From positions 90,954,001 to 91,018,000 of the forward strand of contig NC_042997.1 in assembly GCF_006345805.1 (NCBI RefSeq): 64,000 nt of DNA. Reading direction: 5' to 3'. The notes beneath the pieces were generated by a model that did not search any database, had not been told where the DNA came from, and saw nothing but the letters and a program-made list of their open reading frames with translations. Origin of the DNA: Octopus sinensis. Taxonomy: Eukaryota. Position numbers and translations under genes: made by a program. Within the stretch, counting starts at the first letter, position 1, and each line of letters opens with the position of its first letter. Shown one piece after another: positions 26,134-38,200 of the stretch.

Positions 26134-27967
26134 CTAGTCCTCTTTAACAGAATCAAAATACAATCAACACATATATAAATGAAACACATCTACTACACTA
26201 CACTTTTTTTTCACCAACTTTACAAATGCTACACTTCACAATCTAGTAATCTCTCATGGTGATCACATATCTGTAACATTTAGGTTATAGATACTTTCTA
26301 TAGAATTGTATTTTGTTTTCTACATTCAGAGCTAAAAACTGCTTCACCCTATATCAGCTCCTACTTCTGTATGAGGTACAAGCATGTCTACAACTTACTA
26401 AAGGCAAACTAGTTGTTATATATGAAGATTCTAGACTACATTAAAAAAAAAATTGCCCATCCAACTGATTGGTAAGTTTTCACTCAACCTACTACAACAA
26501 TTGCTTCTCTGAATTAATAAACTTGCAATCACATTCATTCACATGTCACCATTGTGTTGTCCCTGTTGTATTACACCCCTAATTCCCTGTAGTGAACAGT
26601 TTGACAAAAACTAGAAAAAAAACCTCAAACTTCCCAACTTGCCCAAATTTTCCCTTCAGACATTAACCTTTAAAAATTCAAGTTGAAAGTTAACTAACTT
26701 TATTGACTTCATTAATTAATCTATGTGAAAGGTGGCTGGCTGACAAAATCATTACCACAGCAGACAAAATACTTGGCAGCATTTCTTCTGACTTCACATT
26801 CTCAGTTCAAATGTTGCCTTTCACTCCTTTCTTGGTCATTAAAATAAGTACCAGTTGATGTAATCGACAAGCCCCCTCCCCACAAAATTTTAGGCCTTGT
26901 GCCTATATTAGAAAGTAAGAAATGGCAACAATGGCACAGCTTTGTCAACTGTTAAGAGTGTTGGCATACTGGAAATAAAATTTAGGCAATGAATAATGTT
27001 TCTCCTTTGTTTAAAGTACAGTAATACCTCACTTTATGAGGACTCACTTTACAAGCTTTTACAGGTTTTATTTTGTTTACGAGCATTCTCCAGGAAGGAG
27101 TTAACTTGTATATTGAGGCATTCCAGTACACTATATTCACTGAAGTATAACCATTTTTTCTCACTGCATTCTTACCTCAACCCCACCCATATAAAACAAC
27201 CTGTTTTATCAGCCAATCAGCCAATCACAATGTTTTTATCTTTTGCATTTATAGAAGGGCTTAGATCAAGGAATAGAAAACAAAAGAAAAACATACGTAA
27301 TATGAAGCACATGAATCCATTGGCTTTACTTTTGATGACATAACCACCAACAAGCCAATGAGAAAGCCTTTACACACTTGACCTACAAAAAGCAGCAATC
27401 TAATCTCCCTTGAATCATAACAAGTTTTAAAAAATGGCCTCATAGAATAACAAGAGTCTATGATCTGAAGCTCAACAACAGCTTGTTCAAGGCAATGATG
27501 GTACCACTACATGATTGCTCAACTTGCTAGAAATTACAGTTAAATTCCCTCAACACAGTACCATCTTTATTAAAGGACACATTGAAGAATTTTAGAATGT
27601 AATTTTAGATATACAGAAAACATGAATATCATGGCTGCAATGCCTTGATCTCCTCAATTACACCTGACTTGAGACAAACCAACAACAAACACTTAATGCC
27701 ATCTGCTACTATAGTGATGAACACACACACATGCACGCGCCAATATGTCACCAAGGCATAAAACAAACAATATATATTGAATTTTTTTTTAATACAGGCA
27801 AACATTAATAGAAAAAGAAATCAAATATATTCACACCTTTCCCAAAGGCATCAATCATTTGAGTCCTTGATGAATTGAAAATTGAAACCAATGGTAACAA
27901 ACTGTATTTTCTGAAGTAAAATCAAAAGTCCAATATAATTCCTTTATTAATAAGCTGATTAACATAT

Positions 27968-28966
27968 TGTTGTGGTTCAGCTTAAGGACAGAGCTGGTGA
28001 CCTACTTTTGGAATAAAAAGCTACAGCCCTTTGTTTACTGGAAGAGTAATGGCTTTTGGAGGGACCTTTGGCCTTGTGCCGGTCGATTAGGGGTCAGAGA
28101 GATGTGAAGTAGTGAGAAAGACAGAGTAAGGAATCTGAGAGCAGATAGAGAGGATATTAGAGCTAAGAGAGAGATTGAGGGTAGTGATAGAGTAAGAGGT
28201 TTTTGGACAGTCGGTATTCGGTCATCAAAGCGAGCAGTCGTGATTTGGAAGTCAAAGCGAGCAGTTGGAATTTTAGGAGCGAGGATTTGGGAATTCGGGG
28301 CAAGAGTTTGGCAAGTTGGAGCTAGCAGTACTGAGAGAGAGGAACTACAATATGGGACACTGGCTATTCTAATTAGGAATTAAGGTACGTGAATTGTGTA
28401 TTGATATGTGAAGAAAAAGAAGGACAAGGAATTGATGTATTGAACAGTGAAAAGAACAATGTGAATTGTGTACAGTGTTGTGATTTGAACATTGTATAAT
28501 GAACATTGAACTGTTAGGCCTGTAATGTCCTTTGAACTGTATATGACTTGTTGATGTGTTTTGAAATAGAATTGTGTCTTCGACATGTACCTTTGAAATG
28601 CTGATGTATTGAATATGATGTGTTGTTACCGGATGGTTATATTGTTACTTGTATGTTTAAATGCTTTGATCTGTGGTATACCTGTATGATGTATTGAGTT
28701 GTCACGTGCATGTCCTCTTTTAAATGTATCTGAAATGTATTTGATGATATAACAATTGATTGTCATATAAACTAGTGTTAAATGTAAGCCAGTTGTGCCT
28801 TGCCTCTTTGTGTCTCTCTCGGTTGCCTCTGTGCTGCTGCTGCTGTTGTTGTTGTTGTATCTCTCCTCTCTGAGTTTCCGTAGCGAAAATATTCGCTGCA
28901 TCGAATGGGCCCGGGTGTGAGGGATTCCGTAACAGTTCGAATCGGAGGTCCCCCCCCCTCGTAACA
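27968..28966. mobile_element. Solo LTR of an LTR retrotransposon (probably Gypsy-like), 999 bp
   Basis: TGTTG...TAACA termini with a 4-bp TSD ATAT at 27964-27967 and 28967-28970. No coding remnant. Locally CpG-rich. Confidence 0.75.
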
Positions 28967-31447
28967 ATATCATTATTGATATCGTAATGATAGTTAAGAA
29001 GAAAAAATTAGGATTTGATTTTTAAAAATCTGTAATCTGTTGGCATCTTTTCTGATTCCTTTGCAGCCAGTACTTAGCTTGACAGTGAGAAAGTCACTGT
29101 TGACACAGTTTCTGTTTGATATTTAAGACAATAACTAAACAGCTTTAATATTTTCTTTTGTAAACTCTTCTGTCAATATTTTATATAATGAAATGCATTG
29201 CCCTAGACACAGGAATAGCTGTGCAAGTGCAGTTACATAGTGGAAACACTTGCTTCCTAACTATGTGGTTTTCAATTCAGCTTCACCGTACAGCACCTTG
29301 GGTCTTCTACTATAGACCCAGGCCAACCAAAGCTTTCTGAGTGGATTTGGTAGGCAGAAACTGAAAGAAACCATGTGTGAGTGCTTGTGTGCAGCTTTTG
29401 TGTTTATCCCTCACCACCACCACTGGTGTTGATTTGTTTTTGCCTCTGTAACCTGGTGGTTTGGCAAAAGAGACTAATAGAATAAGTACCCGGCTTGATT
29501 TTTTTTCAACTAAACCCTTCACAGCAATGCCTCAGCATAGTCAGAGTCCAATGATTGAAACAAGTAAAAAATTAAAAATAAAGACACATACACAAAGTTC
29601 AAATTTATAGAAAACAAAAGACGAAGACGGGTGAAGGCATAACAAGCAGATGTATTAGTTTTAATGCCTGGGAAGAATAGAAAAGTCTTTGATGTTTCAA
29701 GCCTGCACTCTTCAACCGGAAGGATTGAGAAAGGGGGGAAAAAAATGGAGAGAGAATGAAAAAAACAGAGAGAGAAAAAAAATGTGTAGGGATTAATGGT
29801 TCAGCAAGATGAAATGGGCCACAAACTCACAAAATGGATTTCTTTTAGTTTTCGTCTAAGAAATCCACTCACAAAGCTTAGGTTGGCTCAAGGCTATAGA
29901 AGACACTTGCACAAGGTACCACACAGTGGGACTCTGAACCTGAAAGCAAACTTCTTACCACACAGCCATGCCTGCATGTTCACAAATCTCGTAAAAGTTT
30001 TCAAGATTTAAGTTGGTATCATTAACAAAGTTAATATTGGTTTTAGCAACATAATAATTGGTTTTAATGGCATTATCACAGGTATTTTGGCATACAGTGA
30101 CAGGTGTCACAAAATAGCTCCACCCCAACTAGCTTGGTTTTTCTTGCAAAATCTGATGTATATAATCTTTAATTGTGTAGTGGCAATAGACATATTTCCT
30201 TGTGTGTTTATCTATTCCTTATCGGACTGAGAAGTTCTTCATTCAGCATAGTCTTGTTGTTTGTTTTGTTTTTTGTTTTTTGCTTTTTTTCTCCTCTCTA
30301 ATGCCTTCAGATCACAGTAACATTTACTTTAGTGACATTTCAGCAGTAAGTTAATGTAGCATTCCAAGGGAGTCAAAGGTAGGAGGAAATGAATCTTGTT
30401 TGGTACTTTAAGATGGGAAACTGAAACTATGAAGAAGTAACAAGATTGAAACTCAACAACAGCAAGCTGGTGCTGGCTCAAATATTTCTATCTACAACAA
30501 AATCGTAGATAAAAGTTTTTTGGAGAACTTCTTACAAACAAGTAGAATACAAATAGCAGGGCCACTGTGTACAACATACAGAAGCAAATCCACATGAAGT
30601 GCACATGTTAGTCCTGGATAAATGCTTCCTTCACTATCCTTAGACGATTTCATTCTATTTGAAAGGGAGGGAGGGGAGAGAGAGAGAGAGAGACCTGGAC
30701 CAATGCAGCTGATGAAAGCTAAGCTGTTAAAAGAAAGAATATCTAGACATAATGTATATCACATCTGACATGTGACTGCAACCACATTGCTTTTACACAT
30801 AGTATATAGCCCAATAATCTGTCACACTGCAATCACAGTTTACAGAAAACATTGCACAGGATCTATTATCACCATGTCTCAAGTTAGCATTTCCAGTCTG
30901 AATGGAAGAACTCTTTATAAAGAAACTAATTAACCAATAGATTTTTAAAAGATACACAGATTTGAGAGGGAAATCCACATAAGCACAGACATGGCTGTGT
31001 GGTAAGAAGCTTCCTTCCCAACATGGCATGGGTTTAGGCTCAATCCCACTGCATGGCACCTTGGCCAAGTGGCTTCTATTATAGCCCCAAGTGACCAAAG
31101 CCTCGTGTATGGATTTGGTTGAAAGAAACTCTAAGAAGCCTGCCATATGTGTGCATATATGCCTATATGTTTTTGTGCTTGTTCCCCACCACTACAAGAT
31201 AACCAGTGTTGGTTTGTTTATTCCCATAACTCAGAGGTTAAAAGAGACTAATAGAATAAGTAGCAGGCTTAAAAATAAATACTGGGGTGATTTGCATGAC
31301 TAAACCCTTCAAAGTGTTGTTTTGATGCTTCCCAACCACGCAGTTCCAGGTTCAGTCCCACTGCATAATACCATGGGTAAGTGTCTTCTTGTAACCTGAG
31401 GCTGGTCAAAGCCTTTTGAGTAAATTTGGTAGATGGAATCTGAAAGA

Positions 31448-31722
31448 AACTGTGTGTGTGTGTGTGTGTCCACACCACCGTTGTTTGGCAACTAGTGTGC
31501 TGTGTTGATGTCCCCCATAACTTAGCAGTTCAGCAAATGAGACCGACAGAATACCAGACTTACAAAGAAAAAAAAAGTACTGGGGTCAACTGTGTGTGTG
31601 TCCACACCACCATTGTTTGGCAACTAGTGTGCTGTGTTGATGTCCCCTATAACTTAGCAGTTCAGCAAATGAGACTGATAGAATACCAGACTTACAAAGA
31701 AAAAAAAAAGTACTGGGGTCAA
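31448..31722. repeat. Tandem duplication of a ~135-bp SINE segment
   Basis: Two near-identical copies of (TG)n-TCCACACCAC...GTACTGGGGTCAA; also visible as the duplicated peptide in ORF 31456-31731. Confidence 0.85.
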
Positions 31723-33207
31723 TCCATTTAACTAAAAATTCAAGGTGGTGCCCCAGCATGGCTGCAGTCTGACTGAAGGAAGTAAAAGGATTTCTAAATT
31801 TTTTCTGTGCACTAGAAATTAAGAAAATAGTAAATAAAAAAATGTTTTAAAAGTAAACATTTCATAAGCACAGGCATGGGTGTGTGGTTTAAGAAACTTG
31901 CTGTGCAATCATGTGGTTTTGGGTTGATTCTCACGAAATAGCACCCTGGGCAAGTGTCTTCTACTATAACCCTGGGCCAACCAAAGCCTTATGAGTGAAT
32001 TTGAGAGACAAATGGAAATGTATGGAAGTCTGCTGTGTGCGTGTGCATATATGTGCCCCACCACAGCTTGTCAACCAGCGTTGGTTTCTTTAGATCCCTT
32101 TAACTTAACAGTTTGGAAAAAAGCAACTGATGGAATAAGTATCAGATTTTAAAATAAGTACTGAAATTGATTTATTTGGCTAAACCTTTTAAGGTGGCAT
32201 GGTTGCTATCCAATGATTGAAACTAGTAAAAGGTAAAGGCTTTCAAAATATCCTCCATCAAAAAAAAAAACAAAAAAAACATGTTCATTAACTTATCTAG
32301 GGGATCTGCCTATCTTTTAACATGGTTGAGAAGCAAGCTTCCAATCACACAGCTACAATAATGAAATTTGGCAGGTAGAAGGCTGCATATATTTTTTGTG
32401 GTATTGGTAGAGAGTAATAGTTGATTAGATCAAATTTAATAGTTGACTGCTACTTATTTATCAAACCTGGAAAAATAAAACGTAAAAACTGATGTCTTAT
32501 ACTGACCTCACCAGAAAATGAGACACACCTAAATATTACAATGTATTTTGTTTTGTGTTTGAACAAGTAACATTAATAATGTAACTCAAATTCAGGCAAA
32601 TTTTTTTTATTGCAATAGATGATACTAAAATTTAAATGAAAATATGTCAACGGAAAAGGAAATAATGGAAAGACCAGGAAAATAGAAACAGGATAAATAA
32701 TGACAGATTGGTGAACTTTAATTTACCATCAGAATGAAAAAAATAGGGAGGCTCTGAAAAAAACAGACAACAAAAAAAACTTTTTTGGACAGACAATTTT
32801 AAATATTGGAAACTAAAGAGAGTCCAAGGTAATTTGCATCTGCAAAAATTTTAAAGCTTTGAAGCAATATGTTACTATACACAATATAGTATCCATCATC
32901 GATTAGCTGTTTTTGTTTAGAGGCATAAATAATCTCAGTAATATTCTTTTGCTTTCTCTAATGAATAATAAACTGCAAATTGTAGACACCAAACCACAAC
33001 AAAATAAATATAAACCTCTTGCTACAGTTGAGTGGAAGTACATCCAACTGAAAAAACCTAAATTCACTGAACCACACATGCTAATATATGTTTAAATAAA
33101 AGTTAGAAAAACTGTCACACAACATAGCATTTATGTTTGTAAAATATCAGTGTTTGACGGTGTACAGTTTGTAAAAGATTATATAAGATACTGGACAAGA
33201 TAAAAAG

Positions 33208-33251
<44 letters not shown>

Positions 33252-33411
33252 GAAATTTACAAAAAAACAAATACGAAGACTAGTTTGATGCTCGGGAAAT
33301 GAAGAAAAGTCTTTTATGTTATGAGCCTATGCTCTTCAACAGAAAGGAATAGGAGAAAATAAACAGAGGGAGAATGAAAAAAAACTTGAGGATTTAGCGA
33401 TCAAGCATGGC

Positions 33412-33453
<42 letters not shown>

Positions 33454-33506
33454 ATTGGTGAATTGAAGAAATGGAGCTGAACGCAGATTGAACAGAAATC
33501 GTTTTA

Positions 33507-33595
33507 TTTCATTCTACACGTGTTTCGAAAGGCACAAATTACCAAAATCCGATTGAATAATGGGACCATATTGTGTCTTTCTCTTCAGGAAGAAA
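33507..33595 (-). ncRNA. Type I hammerhead ribozyme, identical inverted copy
   Basis: Exact reverse complement of 34889-34977. Confidence 0.8.
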
Positions 33596-34294
33596 AATCT
33601 CAGCTCCAGCCAGGGAGTACCCACTAGGGGTATAGTTATAAATAGGGGTGTTGTGGTTGACGGTAACAATGGGAGTAGGGTAGAGAGCCCCAATAGCAAC
33701 CCCAGCATCATTTCCCGCAATAGCAGCACCACGGGCACTAGCAATGACAGTACTCTGATAGATAGTGGAGAATCAGGGGTTATTCCTATAGTTAATAGTG
33801 ACGTAGTGGAAAATAGAGTAGTAAGCGGCTGCAGGTCTCGGAACGAATATAGTGACAGGAACGCAGTTCTAATTTCAGAAACTAATCCTAGCAGATTAAG
33901 ATTTACGTCGGCGAACTCCAAGATCAAAAACGCCGTCTACCAATGCAAGGTTTACACGGACTCAGATGTCTTCACTTATGTAGGGGCATCATCCTCAAGA
34001 TTGTCTTTGCGTGTCTCCAATCATTACGCAACTTTTCGGGACGTGAACAAGCGCCAGACCACGGGACTCAGTAAGCTAATATGGCGACTGAAGGATACGA
34101 ACTTAAGCTACAGGCTGGAATGGTCAATTTTGTCGGTGGCCCTCCCATTTGATAGGGGCAGAAGACAGTGCAACCTTTGTGTCTCCGAACTCTTCCATAT
34201 TTTGTTTGCCAGAGGCCGGATGGTAAACGGGCTCTTACAGTCGGCTTTTCGATGCCCCCATTGGCGGCGTTACACTTATCTGGCTTTTAAATAG
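33560..34294 (+). CDS. GIY-YIG endonuclease ORF of a Penelope-like element (244 aa, uninterrupted)
   Basis: AVYQCKV..TYVG (GIY-YIG), LRVSNH (conserved Arg/His), LSKLIWRLK...W, CNLCVSE (Glu), MVN (Asn) and C-terminal CPH. The N-terminal ~115 aa is low complexity, and the ATG lies within the inverted arm. Confidence 0.8.
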   Translation: MGPYCVFLFRKKNLSSSQGVPTRGIVINRGVVVDGNNGSRVESPNSNPSIISRNSSTTGTSNDSTLIDSGESGVIPIVNSDVVENRVVSGCRSRNEYSDRNAVLISETNPSRLRFTSANSKIKNAVYQCKVYTDSDVFTYVGASSSRLSLRVSNHYATFRDVNKRQTTGLSKLIWRLKDTNLSYRLEWSILSVALPFDRGRRQCNLCVSELFHILFARGRMVNGLLQSAFRCPHWRRYTYLAFK

Positions 34295-34888
34295 CGTTTA
34301 TAAATAATACCGGCACCCATAGCCCTTGGTAACAAATTCTGAAATAGCCTTTAAGATATCTACGATTATCCACTGCAAGGGGAATTACTCCTGTAAGACA
34401 AACGGGGCTTGGTTTTTTCACAGCGGGGGGTTTCCTTGACAAGGCAGGCTTAGATGAACACACACACACATAAAACATAATATATATATATTTTTTTCTT
34501 TCTGCCACCCAACGGTTATCACGGCAGTAGCCACTGACAGCCGAACGATCAAACGCACACACGTACACAAAAAATGTTTTCTACCCCTACGCCAACACAC
34601 ACATATATAGAACAGTATACACACACACACGTCTCTAAGTAGATTTTTTCTCGCCCCTTATAAAACATCCAATATTCCTTAAATAGTCAGAACTTTATTC
34701 TCGGTCACTAAGAACATCTATACGCCCTCACCCACATGATTGACCGATGCCTGACCTGTAGAATTCTTCAGCCACCGGTTCTCAGCATACACTGAAAAAC
34801 AGTTTCGCCATGGGCTCTTAGGAGCATGGTTCGATTTGGTTTTTGCTCCGCCTCTGTTCTGTTTTTGTTTCTCTAACGGATTTCCTTT

Positions 34889-34977
34889 TTTCTTCCTGAA
34901 GAGAAAGACACAATATGGTCCCATTATTCAATCGGATTTTGGTAATTTGTGCCTTTCGAAACACGTGTAGAATGAAA
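34889..34977 (+). ncRNA. Type I hammerhead ribozyme (PLE pseudo-LTR)
   Basis: Stem I UUUCUUC/GAAUGAAA with a 1-nt bulge. Core CUGAAGA at 34896-34902. Stem II GAAAGACACAA/UUGUGCCUUUC (10/11 pairs). GAAA at 34958-34961. Palindromic stem III ACACGUGU. Predicted cleavage after GUA at 34969. Confidence 0.8.
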
Positions 34978-35184
34978 TAAAACGATTTCTGTTCAATCTG
35001 CGTTCAGCTCCATTTCTTCAATTCACCAATAATGTTTTAATTTCAATTATCCGCACCAACGCACGGTTGCAACGCCAGATGGTTGTACCTCCAACCGTGC
35101 TGTTTACTGCTGTGATTTTTGCTACTAAGGTATCGGTTAACTTTTGATTAATCTACAACAAGATTATTCATCTTTCTATTTCAC

Positions 35185-35222
<38 letters not shown>

Positions 35223-38200
35223 AGAATATTGATTACAATAAATCAACAAGAGTTCACAATACACTTTATGTTGGCAAGCTGGGAAGTAGCAATAAAAGGC
35301 ATGTTCATTGCCTAAGTAGTAGGATTTGAAACCAAAGACGTTAAATTTAATAGGAAGAAGTTTTGATGGTGGTGGATTTTTCTATCAAGTATTCAACTAG
35401 AGACTGACAAGACACATCCACATAGGTCTCAGAGTAAGAGCTTACAGAGTTATTTCCCTTATTCAGTTACAATCATCTTGATCTAAATGGCTTGAGAAAA
35501 AGTACAGCAAAACAATTGGTTTGATGCACAGAACCTCGTTCCAAAACTGCAATAAAAAACAACAACACACACGCACACACGATCTAATCACAGACAAAAT
35601 ACATATTTATCTGCAACTGACCTGTGTTGATCCGCTAGTAATTTGATTTCTTTCACTTTCAGAAGTGACAAAATGATTCAAAACTAAATGAAAACTAACC
35701 AATAACTACGGAGTACTTCTTTTAATGGTTAAAAAAAAATTACATAACATATACAAGATAGGTAATAACTAAGGATAGTAACTTCAAGATTTGTTTCCAG
35801 CTGAAATGAGTTGCAGTTGAATTAGATGTTTATTTGAATTAGTACAACAGTTTTAACCCTTTCACAATCAATATTTCTAATGAAATACATGAACCGTTAG
35901 TATTTGAGAAGATTTAGTAAAATAACTTTTTCATAAAGCTGGTGCCACATAAAATTATGGAAGATATTAATTTTTATATGAAGATTTGGAAACAAGAAGT
36001 TTTCTATCCCAGAACCAGAGTCAGCCTACGGGGTTGAAGTCAAAAGGATTAACCCAATAGCATTCAGATTATTCTGTCAAATTTAATGCTTATTTATTCA
36101 CATCATCATCATCATCATCATTTAGCGTCCGCTTTCCATGCTAGCATGGGTTGGACGGTTCAACTGGGGTCTGGGAAGCCAGAAGGCTGCATCAGGCCCA
36201 GTCTGATCTGGCAGTGTTTCTATGGCTGGATGCCCTTCCTAACGCCAAACACATTATTTTGAATTTATCATGCATCATCTTACAGCTTTGAAATGTTCAT
36301 GATGTAATTGCTTATGTTTAGAAGGATATTGTAGGGTAGGTGTGAGAGGTTGCATCTCGCTGGTTTAAATGCTAAAGGGTTAATGGGTATTTTTGTTTTT
36401 TGTTTTTCAAAATTAGTATAGAGTGAACAGGTCTGCATTACAGTAAATCAGCATTCATCTTGATCCAGCATCATCTCATCCATGAGGTGCAATATCCTGA
36501 GATCTGTCCTTCACAGTACATTTTACCCAATTCTCATCATTCACAAGTTTGTAGGAAAGGGGCAATTGTACTTGAACTCAATACAAAGTGTGATGAAATG
36601 AAATACTGCAAGGCCTTTGGTCTGGTGCATTGCTTCTGTTACTCAGGTTAAATTACAAATTAAGAATTTTACTACTTTAGTATTTTGCAAATTCCAATAT
36701 CACTTGCAATAATGAAAAAAAAATTACTGAATTAAGAGTAAGCTACACTTAAAACTGAGAAAAAAATTTTATACATTTATAAGTCAAATATTCTAAAAGT
36801 ATGTTTAGGATTAAATCACATAAATTATAGTTCCCTGGAGTTAATGAAGATATTACAGAAATGTGGTCTAGTTGGTAGTGACATTAACACATATGATAAA
36901 AGCCACTGCTAGCCTCTACATCAGCATTTTCCAACCAGGTTTCTCCAGAACACTGGGATTCTATAAGAAATAGTGATATATAGGCTAATTATACACAAAT
37001 TAATTTTTGAGCCATTTTTGTGTTTAATTCTGTATACAAAACTTTATTGTACATGCATAGGATTTTCTGTAAGGTAGAGGGAGATTCTGACCTCAGTAGG
37101 TCATAAGGAGATCCTACATGAAAAATGATATCACAATAGGGAATTGTAGGGAAATTTAGTCTAAGTAAGATCTTGATCAAGACAAAATTTCGTAAATCTT
37201 CTTTGTGATATCCAATAGCTTTAGCATTGGCAAACCTTTCAAAGACAGTTTTATGCTTTATTTAATCACTTTATGAAAGAGAAAGAAAAAAGATTATAAA
37301 GATATTAAATAAGTTTTATGTAGGGGTTCCCTGAGACATGCAATGTATTTCAAGGGTTACTCAAGAAAAAAATCTGAGAAACATCACTTTACATACATGG
37401 ACATTCCACCAGTTAGAAATAGAAGCTTGATCTTCCTCAAATCACTTTATCATCTAAGTACACCTAAACCCCGAAAAAGGTTACAGCTGAAATGCTTTTG
37501 ATTATGTTAATTTGAGGATAAACAATAACAGATTTTTAATATTATTTATATAATAATGTTATATATAACAGTATTTAACAAGTGTTTCATTAAAATACCA
37601 TGCTGAGATGAAATCATTTCTTAAACCTAAAGCAAAAATTTTTTAGGATAAATAGCAGTTAAATTTTCTCAAGAAGAGTGGAAGCTAATTGTCATAAGCT
37701 TAACTGAGATCAACATTCATTATATCTGTCTTAAGAGAACCAAACTGAATAGATATTTAGAATATGTAGTATTTGATTCATACCAAACCTCTCCCTTAAA
37801 AGCTACATATGACTAGGTAATATGTCAGAATATTGAGTGGCATGTTGACAGTTGTGAACATCTTATCATTGGCATTGTGTAGTTTCTATAATCAAACTCA
37901 GGCAAACCCAGTCACCTATCAAGTAAATTGATGACAGAATTAAGGACAGCAGTAAATTTTCACCCTTTTTTTCTTTGCCTTTTTTCATGAAATATAAATG
38001 GGACAGCACCCAGTTTTCTTAATAATGAAATAAGGATTTCTTATATACAAAGCATATGAATTTACACTTTTCTCAAGGGTATTCATATAAGCAATCCAGA
38101 CATAGCTTTATGGTTACGAAGTTCACTTAGTAACTAATTGATTTTCTCAGTGCACAGTACTTGGGACAAGCGTTTCTTACTAGAGCCTTGTAAATGAAAT

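Larger units (their letters stand above)
33445..35190 (+). mobile_element. Young Penelope-like element (PLE) in a (TA)n tract, with an inverted pseudo-LTR arm
   Basis: GIY-YIG ORF; perfect 153-bp inverted repeat (33445-33597 and 34887-35039); hammerhead motifs; (TA)n at 33415-33446 and from 35191; CpG-rich relative to flanks. Confidence 0.85.
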
